This document shows positions 20,602 through 31,048 of a DNA stretch of 64,000 nucleotides, piece by piece (within the stretch, counting starts at the first letter, position 1; each line of letters begins with the position of its first letter). A program made the position numbers and the translations under genes. The stretch is from a bacterium (GTDB taxonomy: Bacteria; UBA10199; 2-02-FULL-50-16; JAJFLM01): contig CBDCFN010000016.1 of the NCBI GenBank assembly GCA_965216315.1, positions 416,001 to 480,000 on the forward strand. The letters run 5' to 3'. The notes beneath the pieces are model-generated. The model was not told the DNA's origin. It saw only the letters and a program-made list of their open reading frames with translations, and searched no databases.

Positions 20602-21647
20602 TGTCCAGCCTTCCATTAGTTTCGATTGTTGTTCCCTGCCGTAATGAGAAGACATATATCAAGGAGTGTGTTGAATCCATTGCAAGTAGTGATTATCCAA
20701 AAGGCAGATTGGAAATTCTAGTTGTAGATGGAATGAGTGATGATGGTACGCGTGAAATTTTACAGTCTCTCAGTGAGAGTCACCCTTATGTGCAGATGCT
20801 CGACAATCCCCAGAAAGTCACTCCTGCTGCGTTTAATATAGGTGTTCAGCACGCGCGCGGCGAGTTTGTTATGATCATGAGCGCTCACGCTACGTATGCG
20901 GACGATGCGATATCAAAATGTATTAAATACTCTCAAGAATACGATGCCGATAATGTTGGCGGCATTTGGCGGATTCATCCCCGACGCCACTCATTTATTG
21001 ATAGTTGTACGATCCATGCTCTCTCTCACCCATTTGGGGTTGGGGATGCGCACTATCGGACGATGGCAAAGCAGGAACCCACATGGGTTGATACTGCAGC
21101 CTACGGTTGTTATAGGCGAAAGGTATTTGAAGATATTGGTCTTTTCAATGAGATGTTGGTGCGTGGGCAGGACATGGAGTTTAATCTCCGTCTCAAGAGG
21201 GCGGGCGGTAAAACTCTGCTCGCACCGGATGTTGTCATTAATTATTATGCACGCTCAGACTTAGTTACCTTTTGCAAACACAGTTTTAGGAATGGCTTAT
21301 GGGCGGTGTTGCCCTTCCTTTATAGTAACGTCGTGCCTGTTTCATTGCGCCATCTTGTTCCTGGTTTTTTTGTGATCTTTCTTATTGTGGGTTCACTAGG
21401 TGCGATAATATGGCCAGCATTCAAATGGGCTTTTTTGACAATTCTTTCGATCTATTTCATTTTGAATATTTGTTCTTCTGTTTATATTGCTCTGCGCAAG
21501 AGAGATTGGCGATTTCTTTTTACTATGCCAATCATTTTTTTATCCCTTCATTTGAGTTACGGTTTGGGAAGTCTGTGGGGTGTTGCCCGATCAATTAAAG
21601 AGCTTTTTAAACGGAAAGTAAGCCGGTTTGTAAGGTCTGCCACCTAA
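20601..21647 (+). CDS. Glycosyltransferase family 2 (ExoA-like)
   Basis: VSIVVPCRNE, VDGMSDDGT, QDMEFNLRL and C-terminal TM helices. Confidence 0.9.
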   Translation: MSSLPLVSIVVPCRNEKTYIKECVESIASSDYPKGRLEILVVDGMSDDGTREILQSLSESHPYVQMLDNPQKVTPAAFNIGVQHARGEFVMIMSAHATYADDAISKCIKYSQEYDADNVGGIWRIHPRRHSFIDSCTIHALSHPFGVGDAHYRTMAKQEPTWVDTAAYGCYRRKVFEDIGLFNEMLVRGQDMEFNLRLKRAGGKTLLAPDVVINYYARSDLVTFCKHSFRNGLWAVLPFLYSNVVPVSLRHLVPGFFVIFLIVGSLGAIIWPAFKWAFLTILSIYFILNICSSVYIALRKRDWRFLFTMPIIFLSLHLSYGLGSLWGVARSIKELFKRKVSRFVRSAT

Positions 21648-21689
21648 GATTAATGAATGAGGCCCTGATATTATATTTCCAAGTTTATT

Positions 21690-22493
21690 ATGACAGTAGA
21701 TTATTCAACAATTACTGAATTGCCAGGTAGTCAAGTATTGCCTGTTCAGGTTGACCGGGCGTATAGCCGATACGCATTTGCAGCTTCGTTTTGTGTAGGT
21801 AAAGATGTTCTCGAAGTCGCTTGCGGAGGAGGGCAAGGTCTCAGCCTTTTAGGTGAAAATGCGAATTCAGTAGTTGGTGGGGACTGTGATGCAAATAATT
21901 TGAGATATGCAGAAGATACGTACAAAAAGAATAAGAACGTTAAAGTTGTTTACCTTGATGCACAAAATATGCCATTTGAAGATAATTCTTTTGATGTCAT
22001 AGTTATTTATGAGGCCATCTATTATTTAAGCGACCTAGAGAAATTTTTGTCAGATTGTCGCAGGATCCTGAAGCCTGGAGGGACTCTGATAATATGTACA
22101 GCGAATAACTGTTGGCCAGATTTCAATCCTTCACCTTTTAGCCATAAATACCATTCAGTATTAGAGCTAAATCAACTTCTCAGTAAGCATGGTTTCTCTA
22201 GCGAATTTTTCGGTGCCTTTCCTGATCAACCGAACTCGTTTCTGTCAAAAATTAAGTCACAGGTGAAACGAGTTGCCGTTAAGTTGCATTTAATGCCAAG
22301 GACGATGAAAGGGAAAGTCATGTTAAAACGTCTCTTTTACGGAAGCTTAGTGCGCTTGCCAAAAGAGCTGCTAACGCTCCGCGGGCAATCTCCAGTCGTG
22401 CCTGTTCCAATTCCTCATGATAGAAATGACACGATTCATACGGCGATATTTGCAGTTGGTACAGTGAGTGCGGTTTCTCAGAAAAGCCATTGA
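21690..22493 (+). CDS. Class I SAM-dependent methyltransferase
   Basis: RYAFA...VLEVACGGGQG, DAQNMPFEDNSFD and RILKPGG. Confidence 0.88.
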   Translation: MTVDYSTITELPGSQVLPVQVDRAYSRYAFAASFCVGKDVLEVACGGGQGLSLLGENANSVVGGDCDANNLRYAEDTYKKNKNVKVVYLDAQNMPFEDNSFDVIVIYEAIYYLSDLEKFLSDCRRILKPGGTLIICTANNCWPDFNPSPFSHKYHSVLELNQLLSKHGFSSEFFGAFPDQPNSFLSKIKSQVKRVAVKLHLMPRTMKGKVMLKRLFYGSLVRLPKELLTLRGQSPVVPVPIPHDRNDTIHTAIFAVGTVSAVSQKSH

Positions 22494-22584
22494 TTTCTAG
22501 CTCTATATGGTTAAAAAATAAACGTCGGTTAATGACAGTTAAGCCCTAACCTTTTGTAATTATTTAATAAATTAAAGGTAGCCA

Positions 22585-23697
22585 ATGGCGGATTACAGAA
22601 AAATTCCTTTTTTCAACTACAGCGGACTATTTGAGCGTCGCAAGTCGGAATATATGCGCGTCATCGAGGATGTTTTGAGCCGGGGTGCTTTTATTATGCA
22701 GCGGGATTGTGAAGAATTTGAGAAAAGCATTCAAGAGTACTTAGGAGTAAAGCATTGTATCGGATTGGCAAACTGTACGGATGCGTTGTTGATTGCGTTG
22801 CGTGTAGCAGGGGTTGGTGCTGGAGATGAAGTCATACTTCCTTCCCATACTTTCGTTGCGACGGCGGCGGCCATTCACTTTGTGGGGGCAATTCCAATAA
22901 CAGTCGATTGTGGTGAAGATAATTTGATTAGTTCTGATGCTGTCTCTGCGGCTATCACCAGCAAGACCAAGGCAATAATGCCTGTGCAGCTGAACGGGCG
23001 AACGTGCCAGATGGATAAAGTCGAGTATATAGCAACGAAACATCGATTGATGATCATAGAAGATTCAGCTCAGGCCTTGGGTTCGAAATATAAGGGTCGA
23101 TATGCGGGCACCTTTGGGCTGGCAGGGACGTTTAGTTTTTATCCGGCAAAGATTTTAGGTTGCTTTGGTGATGGTGGTGCTTTGGTGACAAATGATGACT
23201 CATTTGCTGAAGAAGTTTGTTTGATGAGAGACCACGGGCGCAACAAGAATGGAAAGGTAGTATCATGGGGTTTGAACTCAAGGCTCGATAATCTGCATGC
23301 AGCGATCTTGAATTGCGAATTTAAATATTATGAGCAGACGATCGAGCGTCGCAGGGAAATTGCTCATATGTATCAAGAAGCACTCAAAGATATTGAAGCA
23401 CTCAAGTTGCCCCCATCGCCTAGCGATAGTGATGACCATTACGATATTTATCAAAATTATGAAATTGAAGCTTCTGGCCGAGATACATTGAAATCATTTC
23501 TTGCAGAGCGTGGAATAGGGACAATGATTCAATGGGGTGGTACGCCCATTCACCAAATGCAAGAACTAGGGTTTAATCAGAAACTTTCTGCGACGGATGC
23601 ATTGTTTGAGAAATGTTTAATGTTGCCAATGAATACTTTGATATCCGATGAAGATGTAGAGCATATTTGTGAGCAAATAAAGAGATTTTATTCTTGA
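22585..23697 (+). CDS. Second DegT-family sugar aminotransferase
   Basis: EDSAQALG, SFYPAKILGCFGDGG and NSRLDNL. Confidence 0.92.
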   Translation: MADYRKIPFFNYSGLFERRKSEYMRVIEDVLSRGAFIMQRDCEEFEKSIQEYLGVKHCIGLANCTDALLIALRVAGVGAGDEVILPSHTFVATAAAIHFVGAIPITVDCGEDNLISSDAVSAAITSKTKAIMPVQLNGRTCQMDKVEYIATKHRLMIIEDSAQALGSKYKGRYAGTFGLAGTFSFYPAKILGCFGDGGALVTNDDSFAEEVCLMRDHGRNKNGKVVSWGLNSRLDNLHAAILNCEFKYYEQTIERRREIAHMYQEALKDIEALKLPPSPSDSDDHYDIYQNYEIEASGRDTLKSFLAERGIGTMIQWGGTPIHQMQELGFNQKLSATDALFEKCLMLPMNTLISDEDVEHICEQIKRFYS

Positions 23698-23698
23698 T

Positions 23699-24508
23699 AT
23701 GGATACAACTAGTTTAGCGAAAAAAGTGCGATTGCATGCCGTGCGAATGACCCATTTAGGGAAAAGTTCTCATGTTGCTTCTGTGTTATCAATGGCTGAT
23801 CTGCTGGCAGTTCTTTATGGTAAAGTGTTGAATGTAGATCCTTCCCGCCCCGATTGGATAGATAGGGATAGGTTTATTCTTAGTAAAGGCCATGGAGGTG
23901 CCGGGATTTACGCCGTGCTGGCGGAAACGGGCTTTTTCTCCACAGAAGTGCTTCAAACGCATTATCAAGATGATTCAATTTTAAGTGGTCATGTTTCCCA
24001 TAAAGGAGTTCCGGGTGTGGAATTGTCAACCGGCTCGCTTGGCCATGGGCTTTCTGTTGGTGTAGGAATGGCTTATGCAGCAAAGTTGGACAAGAGACTG
24101 CACAAGACATTTGTTTTGTTGAGTGATGGTGAATGTGATGAAGGATCAAATTGGGAAGCTATTCTATTTGCAGCGCACCATAAGTTGGATAATCTAGTGG
24201 CTATTATTGATTACAATAAGATTCAAAGCCTTGCTTCTGTTGAAGAGACGCTGGGATTAGAACCCTTTAAGGAGAAATGGGAGAGTTTTGGCTGGTCAGT
24301 GCAGGAGATTGATGGGCACGATCACTCAAATATCGCGCGAGCGTGTGAACAGATACCATTACATAAGGGAAAACCGACCTGCCTTATTGCGCATACGACG
24401 AAGGGTAAGGGCGTATCGTTTATGGAAAATAATGTGCTGTGGCATTACAGATCACCTCAGGGGCATGAATATGAAGCAGCTATTGCTGAATTGGAAGGCG
24501 AGAGTTAA
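23699..24508 (+). CDS. Transketolase, N-terminal (ThDP-binding) subunit
   Basis: RDRFILSKGH, STGSLGHGL, SDGECDEGSNWEA and KGKGVSFME. Confidence 0.92.
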   Translation: MDTTSLAKKVRLHAVRMTHLGKSSHVASVLSMADLLAVLYGKVLNVDPSRPDWIDRDRFILSKGHGGAGIYAVLAETGFFSTEVLQTHYQDDSILSGHVSHKGVPGVELSTGSLGHGLSVGVGMAYAAKLDKRLHKTFVLLSDGECDEGSNWEAILFAAHHKLDNLVAIIDYNKIQSLASVEETLGLEPFKEKWESFGWSVQEIDGHDHSNIARACEQIPLHKGKPTCLIAHTTKGKGVSFMENNVLWHYRSPQGHEYEAAIAELEGES

Positions 24509-24510
24509 TC

Positions 24511-25473
24511 GTGAGAGATTCTTTTATAAAAAGATTAGCTGAATTAGCCGCGAATGACGAGCGAATCATGCTTGTAACAGGTGATCTCGGGTTTGGCGTG
24601 CTCGATGATTTTGCGGAGAGGTTCCCCAGTCAGTATATCAATGCCGGTGTTGCTGAACAAAACATGACGGGTTTAGCGACTGGGCTTGCATTGGAGGGCC
24701 GTATCGTTTTCACCTATTCAATTGCGAATTTTCCCATTCTACGCTGTTTAGAACAAATTCGAAATGACGCATGTTACCACGATGCGAATGTCAAAATTGT
24801 ATCCATTGGCGGTGGTTTTAGCTATGGGTCACTCGGCTTTTCCCATCATGCAACAGAAGACATCAGTATTCTCAGGGCTATTCCCGGAACAACAGTTGTC
24901 GTACCAGGTGATGTGTGGGAGGCAGCGGAAGCGACCGAAGCGCTTGTGAAACAACCAGGTACTTGTTATTTGCGTTTGGATAAATCAGCTGCGAAGTGCT
25001 CAAATCAACCGGATGAACAATTTTTTTTGGGTAAGGCGCGCCTCATGCGTAGTGGTACGGATCTTACTCTTATTGCGGCTGGTGGTATACTTGAAGTCGT
25101 TTTGAATGTAGCTGACAAATTACGTTCTCAAGGGATTAGAGCTCGCGTTCTTAATATTCATACAATTAAGCCTATTGATCGTGATGCCATTATCCAAGCT
25201 GCAGGGGAGACCGGAGGTATAGTCACGGTTGAGGAGCATGTCGTGGATGGTGGGCTTGGAAGCGCTGTCGGTGAAGTTTGCCTAGAAGATGGCACGATTC
25301 CTGGATTCTTTTATAGAGTGGGGCTCAGAGATGGCTTTGCCACTGTCGTTGGCAGCCAGAGCCATTTACGAACCAAATATAGAATGGATAAGGAAAGTAT
25401 CTGTCAGACGGTTCTAGAATTAGTATCTCGAGGTAAAAAGGGACCATTAAGGTCAGCGAGTTCTGCTAAGTGA
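24511..25473 (+). CDS. Transketolase, C-terminal subunit
   Basis: NAGVAEQNM, SHHATED and TVEEH..GGLGS. Confidence 0.9.
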   Translation: MRDSFIKRLAELAANDERIMLVTGDLGFGVLDDFAERFPSQYINAGVAEQNMTGLATGLALEGRIVFTYSIANFPILRCLEQIRNDACYHDANVKIVSIGGGFSYGSLGFSHHATEDISILRAIPGTTVVVPGDVWEAAEATEALVKQPGTCYLRLDKSAAKCSNQPDEQFFLGKARLMRSGTDLTLIAAGGILEVVLNVADKLRSQGIRARVLNIHTIKPIDRDAIIQAAGETGGIVTVEEHVVDGGLGSAVGEVCLEDGTIPGFFYRVGLRDGFATVVGSQSHLRTKYRMDKESICQTVLELVSRGKKGPLRSASSAK

Positions 25474-26195
25474 AACGCTTTTTTGACATGACTATTGCCT
25501 TTGTTGGCTTACTATTGATGAGCCCAATCCTCGTGCCCATTCTTCTTGTCGTATGGCTGAGCGATTTCCATTCCCCATTTTATATCTCGTCACGTGTCGG
25601 TCTTAATGGGCTGAATTTTAAAATGGTTAAAGTGAGGTCAATGATTATTAACGCTGATAAGAGTGGTGTAGATTCGACGTCAGCTAGTGATATAAGAATA
25701 ACGCCAGTTGGGCGATTTATTAGGAAGTTTAAGATAGATGAGATTTCACAACTTTGGAATGTATTGACAGGCGATATGTCGCTAGTAGGCCCACGACCTA
25801 ATGTAGAACGTGACGTTGAGCTTTATACGGATGAAGAGAAAAAACTCTTGTCGGTTAGACCGGGAATAACGGACCTTTCATCCATAGTTTTCGCTGATGA
25901 AGGAAAGATTCTTGAAGGCCATGCTGATCCTGATTTGAGTTATAACCAATTGATACGTCCATGGAAAAGTCGTTTGGGGCTCTTGTATATAGAGCGAAGC
26001 TCATTGCTTCTTGACCTGATTCTTATTTTAATCACAGTAGCAGCAATATTCTCTAGAAAATTGGCATTAGTATGGGTGCATAGATGCTTGGTTTCGTTGG
26101 ATGCTGATCAGGAGCTTGTGCAGGTGGCACTCCGCGAACGCGAGCTCTCTCCCTATCCTCCTCCAGGGTCTCTAGAGGTCGTCCAATCCAGATAA
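25470..26195 (+). CDS. Priming phosphoglycosyl transferase (PglC/WbaP small-PGT family)
   Basis: KRFFD, DIRITPVGRFIRKFKIDE and GDMSLVGPRP. Confidence 0.92.
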   Translation: MKRFFDMTIAFVGLLLMSPILVPILLVVWLSDFHSPFYISSRVGLNGLNFKMVKVRSMIINADKSGVDSTSASDIRITPVGRFIRKFKIDEISQLWNVLTGDMSLVGPRPNVERDVELYTDEEKKLLSVRPGITDLSSIVFADEGKILEGHADPDLSYNQLIRPWKSRLGLLYIERSSLLLDLILILITVAAIFSRKLALVWVHRCLVSLDADQELVQVALRERELSPYPPPGSLEVVQSR

Positions 26196-26341
26196 GAGCC
26201 TTTTAAATAATCATTTGCAAATAGTGAAAAATTATCATATTTTCTCAGCTCCCCCTAAGTTAAGAAAAACAATCTCCAGCCTTGATATTGCGAATCATAA
26301 TTTTGTTGTCATTAGATGACTAATGCTGTGGGGTTCTAAGT

Positions 26342-28162
26342 ATGAAAACAAGAGCTATCCTCGTAACGACTGATATTCTGATCTTATCGTGCTCTTTTTT
26401 GCTCTCGCATTATTGGTTTGCTGCGCAAATAGATGATCCATTAATTTTATGTATATTGTTCTTAGCCGTTAAGCTGATTTTCTTCGTAAAATTTGGTCTT
26501 TATAACGCGATATTGAAATTCGCAGGAATGCCGTTGGCAGCAACTATGATTAAAGCCATAACGGCGGCACAAGTGTTGCTTATAGCGGCAAGTCACATCC
26601 TGTCTAGTCAGTCGATACCGATTGGATTCTTTATTGCAGATTTTTTAATAACGGCTTTCCTCGTCGGTCTCGTGCGGTTTGCTCCACGATATTTTTCGGA
26701 AGCGGGTAAGTCTGTCGGTTCAAAACGTGTATTAATTTATGGTGCGGGAGAACTAGGAGTCAGTGTAGCTGAAAAATTAATTAGAAGTTCAAATGAATAT
26801 AGGTTGTTGGGTTTTTTAGATGACCGTGATTCAAAAATTGGAAAGAGAATTCACAATCTTCCCGTCTATGGGTCACGACAGGACGTTTCTGCAATTGTCG
26901 CTAAGTTAAAGGTGTCCGAGGTGATCGTGGCTATAGCGAGTATCACAGGTCAGAATCTAAGGCAAATAGCCCGAGAATGTCATAGAAATGGTGTGATTTG
27001 CCGCATCGTTCCTTCGTTCCCTGATATGATGAAAAAAGATGTAAGCGTCAAGAATATCGATATTAAAGATCTCTTGAAGAGAAAACCCAATGATTTAGAT
27101 GAAGTGATGATCAAGAAGTTTATTAAAGATAGAGCCATGTTGATTACAGGTGCGGGGGGGTCAATAGGTGCGGAAATGGCAAGGCAATGTATTAAGTACG
27201 GTGCCAGAAAATTGGTATTAGTCGATCAATCAGAATATAATTTATATTCACTTCAAGAAGAGCTAGAATCATCAAACATCTCAATTAGATATTGCTTGAG
27301 TGATGTTCTTTGTAAGGAGAGTCTTGAAAAAATATTTTCAGAAGAGCGGCCTTCGATCGTATTTCATGCAGCGGCGTATAAGCATGTACCTATAGTCGAG
27401 GACAATGTTTTTACGGGAGTTAAAAATAATGTTCAAGGTACGATTAATGTGGCGGAATTAGCACAAAAATACGACGTTGAAAAGTTCGTTCTGATCTCTA
27501 CAGACAAGGCTGTAAGGCCGAGTAGCGTTATGGGGGCGAGTAAGAGAGTTGCAGAGCTCTATGTGCAGAATATGGATCCTCGAGGCTCAACGGAATTTAT
27601 CGCAGTGCGATTCGGAAATGTTCTGGCCAGCTCAGGTAGCGTTATTCCAAAATTTATTGAGCAAATCAATGAAGGGGGACCGGTTACGGTTACGCACCCC
27701 GACGTGACTCGCTATTTCATGCTGATCAATGAAGCTGTGCAGCTCGTCTTGCAAGCTGCCAGTATTGGGCATGGGGGAGAAATATTTATTCTGAATATGG
27801 GGAGTCCGATTCGAATTTCCGAAATGGCTGAGGACCTGATCTTTTTGGCGGGCAGGCAGCCGCATAAAGATATAAAGATACTATATACTGGCTTGCGACC
27901 AGGTGAGAAGTTATATGAGGAATTATTAATTGATGAGACGGAGAAGAAGACTCAATACGAAAATATCACAATAGGGCGCGCTATCTATTTGGACTGGGGT
28001 TCGTTGAAAAAAAATATTCAGCTTCTTAGTGAGGCCATCGAGACGCATAATAGAGGGAGATTATTGAACACATTGAGGGTGCTTGTTCCGGAATTTGCTC
28101 ATGAATCGTTCGAGGGGCCTCTTAAGGGTGCCAAGGTCGTTGCGTTGCCTCTGCCATCTTAA
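26342..28162 (+). CDS. UDP-GlcNAc 4,6-dehydratase (PglF/WbpM/CapD family)
   Basis: Four N-terminal TMs, ITGAGGSIG, FHAAAYKHVP, STDKAV, VRFGNVL and GLRPGEKLYEEL. Confidence 0.93.
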   Translation: MKTRAILVTTDILILSCSFLLSHYWFAAQIDDPLILCILFLAVKLIFFVKFGLYNAILKFAGMPLAATMIKAITAAQVLLIAASHILSSQSIPIGFFIADFLITAFLVGLVRFAPRYFSEAGKSVGSKRVLIYGAGELGVSVAEKLIRSSNEYRLLGFLDDRDSKIGKRIHNLPVYGSRQDVSAIVAKLKVSEVIVAIASITGQNLRQIARECHRNGVICRIVPSFPDMMKKDVSVKNIDIKDLLKRKPNDLDEVMIKKFIKDRAMLITGAGGSIGAEMARQCIKYGARKLVLVDQSEYNLYSLQEELESSNISIRYCLSDVLCKESLEKIFSEERPSIVFHAAAYKHVPIVEDNVFTGVKNNVQGTINVAELAQKYDVEKFVLISTDKAVRPSSVMGASKRVAELYVQNMDPRGSTEFIAVRFGNVLASSGSVIPKFIEQINEGGPVTVTHPDVTRYFMLINEAVQLVLQAASIGHGGEIFILNMGSPIRISEMAEDLIFLAGRQPHKDIKILYTGLRPGEKLYEELLIDETEKKTQYENITIGRAIYLDWGSLKKNIQLLSEAIETHNRGRLLNTLRVLVPEFAHESFEGPLKGAKVVALPLPS

Positions 28163-28169
28163 GTAATTA

Positions 28170-29462
28170 TTATTGACAGTTTTGAGGGAGTGGCATTGTG
28201 CCCGCGAGAACTTCGCGGGCACAATTATTATTAATGATTTCTTCCGAAGTCAGTGAGCGGTTATAGACAGCAACATCATCCAGTAACCCATGAAAATTAT
28301 ACTGCGTAGCTGTTGGCGCACCACTGAGATCAACAGAGCCACCTATCCGGTTGTCAATTGAACTCAAAGTTGTCCCATTTAGATTGTCATAAACTGGAAT
28401 TGAAGCTAATTCGGCACCACCTAAGAAGAACTTAGCACCAGAAGCTAAAGTGCTGCCATCGTAAGTTACGGCGACACTTTGCATAGTGCCTGGAGCAGCG
28501 AAAGTCATCATTGAGTCAATTCTAAGGCGGTTGTCTGCTGAATTATCGCTGGTGTAAACAAAGTTTAGGTGATCGGAAGCATCGTAACCGAACCAGAAAC
28601 CCCTTGAAAGAGATGGATTTGTATAGTCAGCATTGCTGAGTATCGTATGATCAGAGCCGGCTGAATCGCGTCTTGTCCATGCCTCAATGCTGAAAGCATC
28701 TGTCGAGTCAAAATTAAAGACATTGCCGATAGTGATGAAATCATTTACGCCGTCAAAGTTTACAGCGCCTCCTACATGACCTTGTGTCCATGCGACAGCA
28801 AGATTAAAATTAGTCAAGGTTCCGCTATTCCCTACGCTGCTTGAGTCAATAGCAGTACCTCCTGCCCCATCATCCATTCGCCACCAGCCTATCAATGAAT
28901 TATCGGTCGAGAAGCCCGCGATATCACTGTAATTGGAAAAGGAAGCATCACTATAAACCGTTCTAACTTTCCAGTAGTACTGTGACGAAACAGCGAGCGA
29001 ATCAATAACATCGTATTGAGTCGTAACCTGTATAGCGTTTGGGCAAAGATCAGGTCCGTCTATCGATGGCAGTCCTTGAGATGATTGGCATACTTGATAT
29101 CCGCTAATGCTTTTTTCATTTACAGGTGGGAGCTCGCCATCCTGCCAAAATAAGAAGGCCCGTGTTGGAGTCAATTGGGCTCCATTTATTGGGCGAAGAA
29201 TTGCGGGCGTTCCATCAAATGGGGTTCCTGCATCTACACTGCCAGCATCTGTCCCCGTATCCGTTGTGTCTCCATCTGTTGAGCCATCTGTTCCGCCATC
29301 AGTGCTGGAGCCAGCAATGAAGGGATCGCTAAAACACCCGACTGTCATCATTGATAAGGCGATTGGTACCAAGAGTAGCGAGTTGTGTGCTGTGTGAGCT
29401 GAAGCCATTACTGTGCTTGAGCCATGTAATGACGAATTTATCGAGGTGGTGCAGGCTAACAT
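28170..29462 (-). CDS. LamG/ConA-like domain lipoprotein, paralog 1 (most divergent)
   Basis: Hydrophobic stretch ending MTVGC (Cys43), acidic D/G linker, FN3-like W..C..CP..YYWKV, LamG (GWWRMDD...F.G.LDDVAVYNRSLT). GAGGAG SD. Confidence 0.8.
   Translation of the reverse strand: MLACTTSINSSLHGSSTVMASAHTAHNSLLLVPIALSMMTVGCFSDPFIAGSSTDGGTDGSTDGDTTDTGTDAGSVDAGTPFDGTPAILRPINGAQLTPTRAFLFWQDGELPPVNEKSISGYQVCQSSQGLPSIDGPDLCPNAIQVTTQYDVIDSLAVSSQYYWKVRTVYSDASFSNYSDIAGFSTDNSLIGWWRMDDGAGGTAIDSSSVGNSGTLTNFNLAVAWTQGHVGGAVNFDGVNDFITIGNVFNFDSTDAFSIEAWTRRDSAGSDHTILSNADYTNPSLSRGFWFGYDASDHLNFVYTSDNSADNRLRIDSMMTFAAPGTMQSVAVTYDGSTLASGAKFFLGGAELASIPVYDNLNGTTLSSIDNRIGGSVDLSGAPTATQYNFHGLLDDVAVYNRSLTSEEIINNNCAREVLAGTMPLPQNCQ
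28195..28232 (+). terminator. Probable intrinsic terminator of the glycan operon, lying inside the 3' end of the convergent gene
   Basis: Perfect 13-bp inverted repeat ATTGTGCCCGCGA-gaact-TCGCGGGCACAAT followed by TATTATT, about 30 nt after the dehydratase stop. Confidence 0.6.
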
Positions 29463-29483
29463 CTGAAACTCCTCAAGGATTAT

Positions 29484-30947
29484 TTACTGACAAATTAATG
29501 GCAACGGGCTAGATCCGGCTAAGGCCTCACGAGAACAAGTTTCATTGATGACTTCAGGAAGAGTCAGTACTCGGGAATATACAGCTACATCATCGAGGAC
29601 ACCATCAAAGTTGTAGAGGGAAGCGAGTGGCATTCCAGATGTATCAACAGAGCCACCAAGCCGCGTCGGAGCTGAGTTGAGGGTTGTGCCGGACAGATTA
29701 TCATTGGTTAGAGTCGTAGCATCTTCAACGCCATCAACGTACATTTTAACGCCTGAGGCTGAAAGCGAGCCATCGTAGCTTAAGGCCACATGATGGGGTG
29801 TCCCAGCGCCAAATAGAGTTGTTGAATCAACCCTGATTTGATCCCCCGTACTATTATCACTATTAAGAGTGAAATTAAGATTGCCTGAGGCAATAAAGCC
29901 GAACCAGTAGCCACGCTGCAATGTAGAATCAGTATAATCGGTTCTACTGATAATCGTATCATCAGTACCAGTGGATTGGCGGTTAGTCCATGCCGAGATC
30001 GTATAGGGGGTTGTTGAATCAAAATTTAAAATATTCCCTAGTTCAACAAAGTCGTCAGTACCATCGAAGCTTAGGGCACCACCAATAAGGCCAGGTGTCC
30101 AGGCGGTTGAAGTATCAAAATTAGTCAGGGTGCCGTTATTGCCCGCACTGCTGGAATCACTGGCTGTGCTGCCGGAACCTTCATTGAAGCGCCACCAGCC
30201 GAGCAGAGAGTTATCGGTAGAAAAGGATCTAACTGGACTATAGTCGGTGCAATCGGCTTCTATGGCGTCGTAACAGGTTTGGACCTTCCAAAAATAACTT
30301 TGCGAGGGGGTTAAAGGATCGATGACACGGAAGCGATTGGTGTCGATGGTTTCATTGGGGCACTCGTCGGCATCATCGATATCGGCCAGCCCGACCGCGG
30401 TGTAGCAGGAACGATACCAGGTGGAGTTGCCTCCCGGAATGACGCCGTCTTGCCAGGACATAAAGGCGCGTGCGGGTGGCAATGTCTGTCCATCGGTGGG
30501 GAGCGATTGAGTTGGGATGTGGTCGGAGGGATATTCCATTCCACCATCCGTCGTGCCACTGTCGTCACCGCTATCACTACCAGCATCGACTGGAGGTGTT
30601 CCACTATCGTCGGGACCTCCGTCACCCGTAGTCCCGCCATCCGATGTGCCGAGTCCACTCGGATCAAATGTACACGCTCCCAATAAGCAAACGACAGCTC
30701 CTAGCAGAGCTACAGGCACTAAACGTAAGGCAGATTTAAATAGCTTGGCTCCTTCATCAGGACGCTGAACTGAAGGGCTTTGTTTAGTAAGGATGGAGCT
30801 GTTTGGCGCAACCGAGCCCGTGAGTGAACTACTAGCAGAAACGCTTGGAGCACCTGCTTGTGCCATGTTTTGCGTAGGAATGCCCACACTGCTAAGCAGC
30901 AGCTGGGACGTCGCCATAGCTGTCGAATTTACACCAGCAAGATACAT
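29484..30947 (-). CDS. LamG domain lipoprotein, paralog 2
   Basis: Long leader, lipobox LGAC (Cys92), same FN3-like plus LamG architecture. Confidence 0.8.
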   Translation of the reverse strand: MYLAGVNSTAMATSQLLLSSVGIPTQNMAQAGAPSVSASSSLTGSVAPNSSILTKQSPSVQRPDEGAKLFKSALRLVPVALLGAVVCLLGACTFDPSGLGTSDGGTTGDGGPDDSGTPPVDAGSDSGDDSGTTDGGMEYPSDHIPTQSLPTDGQTLPPARAFMSWQDGVIPGGNSTWYRSCYTAVGLADIDDADECPNETIDTNRFRVIDPLTPSQSYFWKVQTCYDAIEADCTDYSPVRSFSTDNSLLGWWRFNEGSGSTASDSSSAGNNGTLTNFDTSTAWTPGLIGGALSFDGTDDFVELGNILNFDSTTPYTISAWTNRQSTGTDDTIISRTDYTDSTLQRGYWFGFIASGNLNFTLNSDNSTGDQIRVDSTTLFGAGTPHHVALSYDGSLSASGVKMYVDGVEDATTLTNDNLSGTTLNSAPTRLGGSVDTSGMPLASLYNFDGVLDDVAVYSRVLTLPEVINETCSREALAGSSPLPLICQ

Positions 30948-30965
30948 TTTCGCACCTAGCTCACT

Positions 30966-30991
30966 GTTCGGCTACGCTTATAAAAAGTTGC
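30966..30991 (-). promoter_or_regulatory. Shared bipartite promoter-like motif (paralogs 2-1)
   Basis: GCAAC TTTTT ataagcgtag CCGAAC. Confidence 0.65.
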
Positions 30992-31048
30992 TCCAAATTA
31001 GAAAAAGTGAAAAGTTTTCTATATTCTCTATAATTTCAACATGTTATT

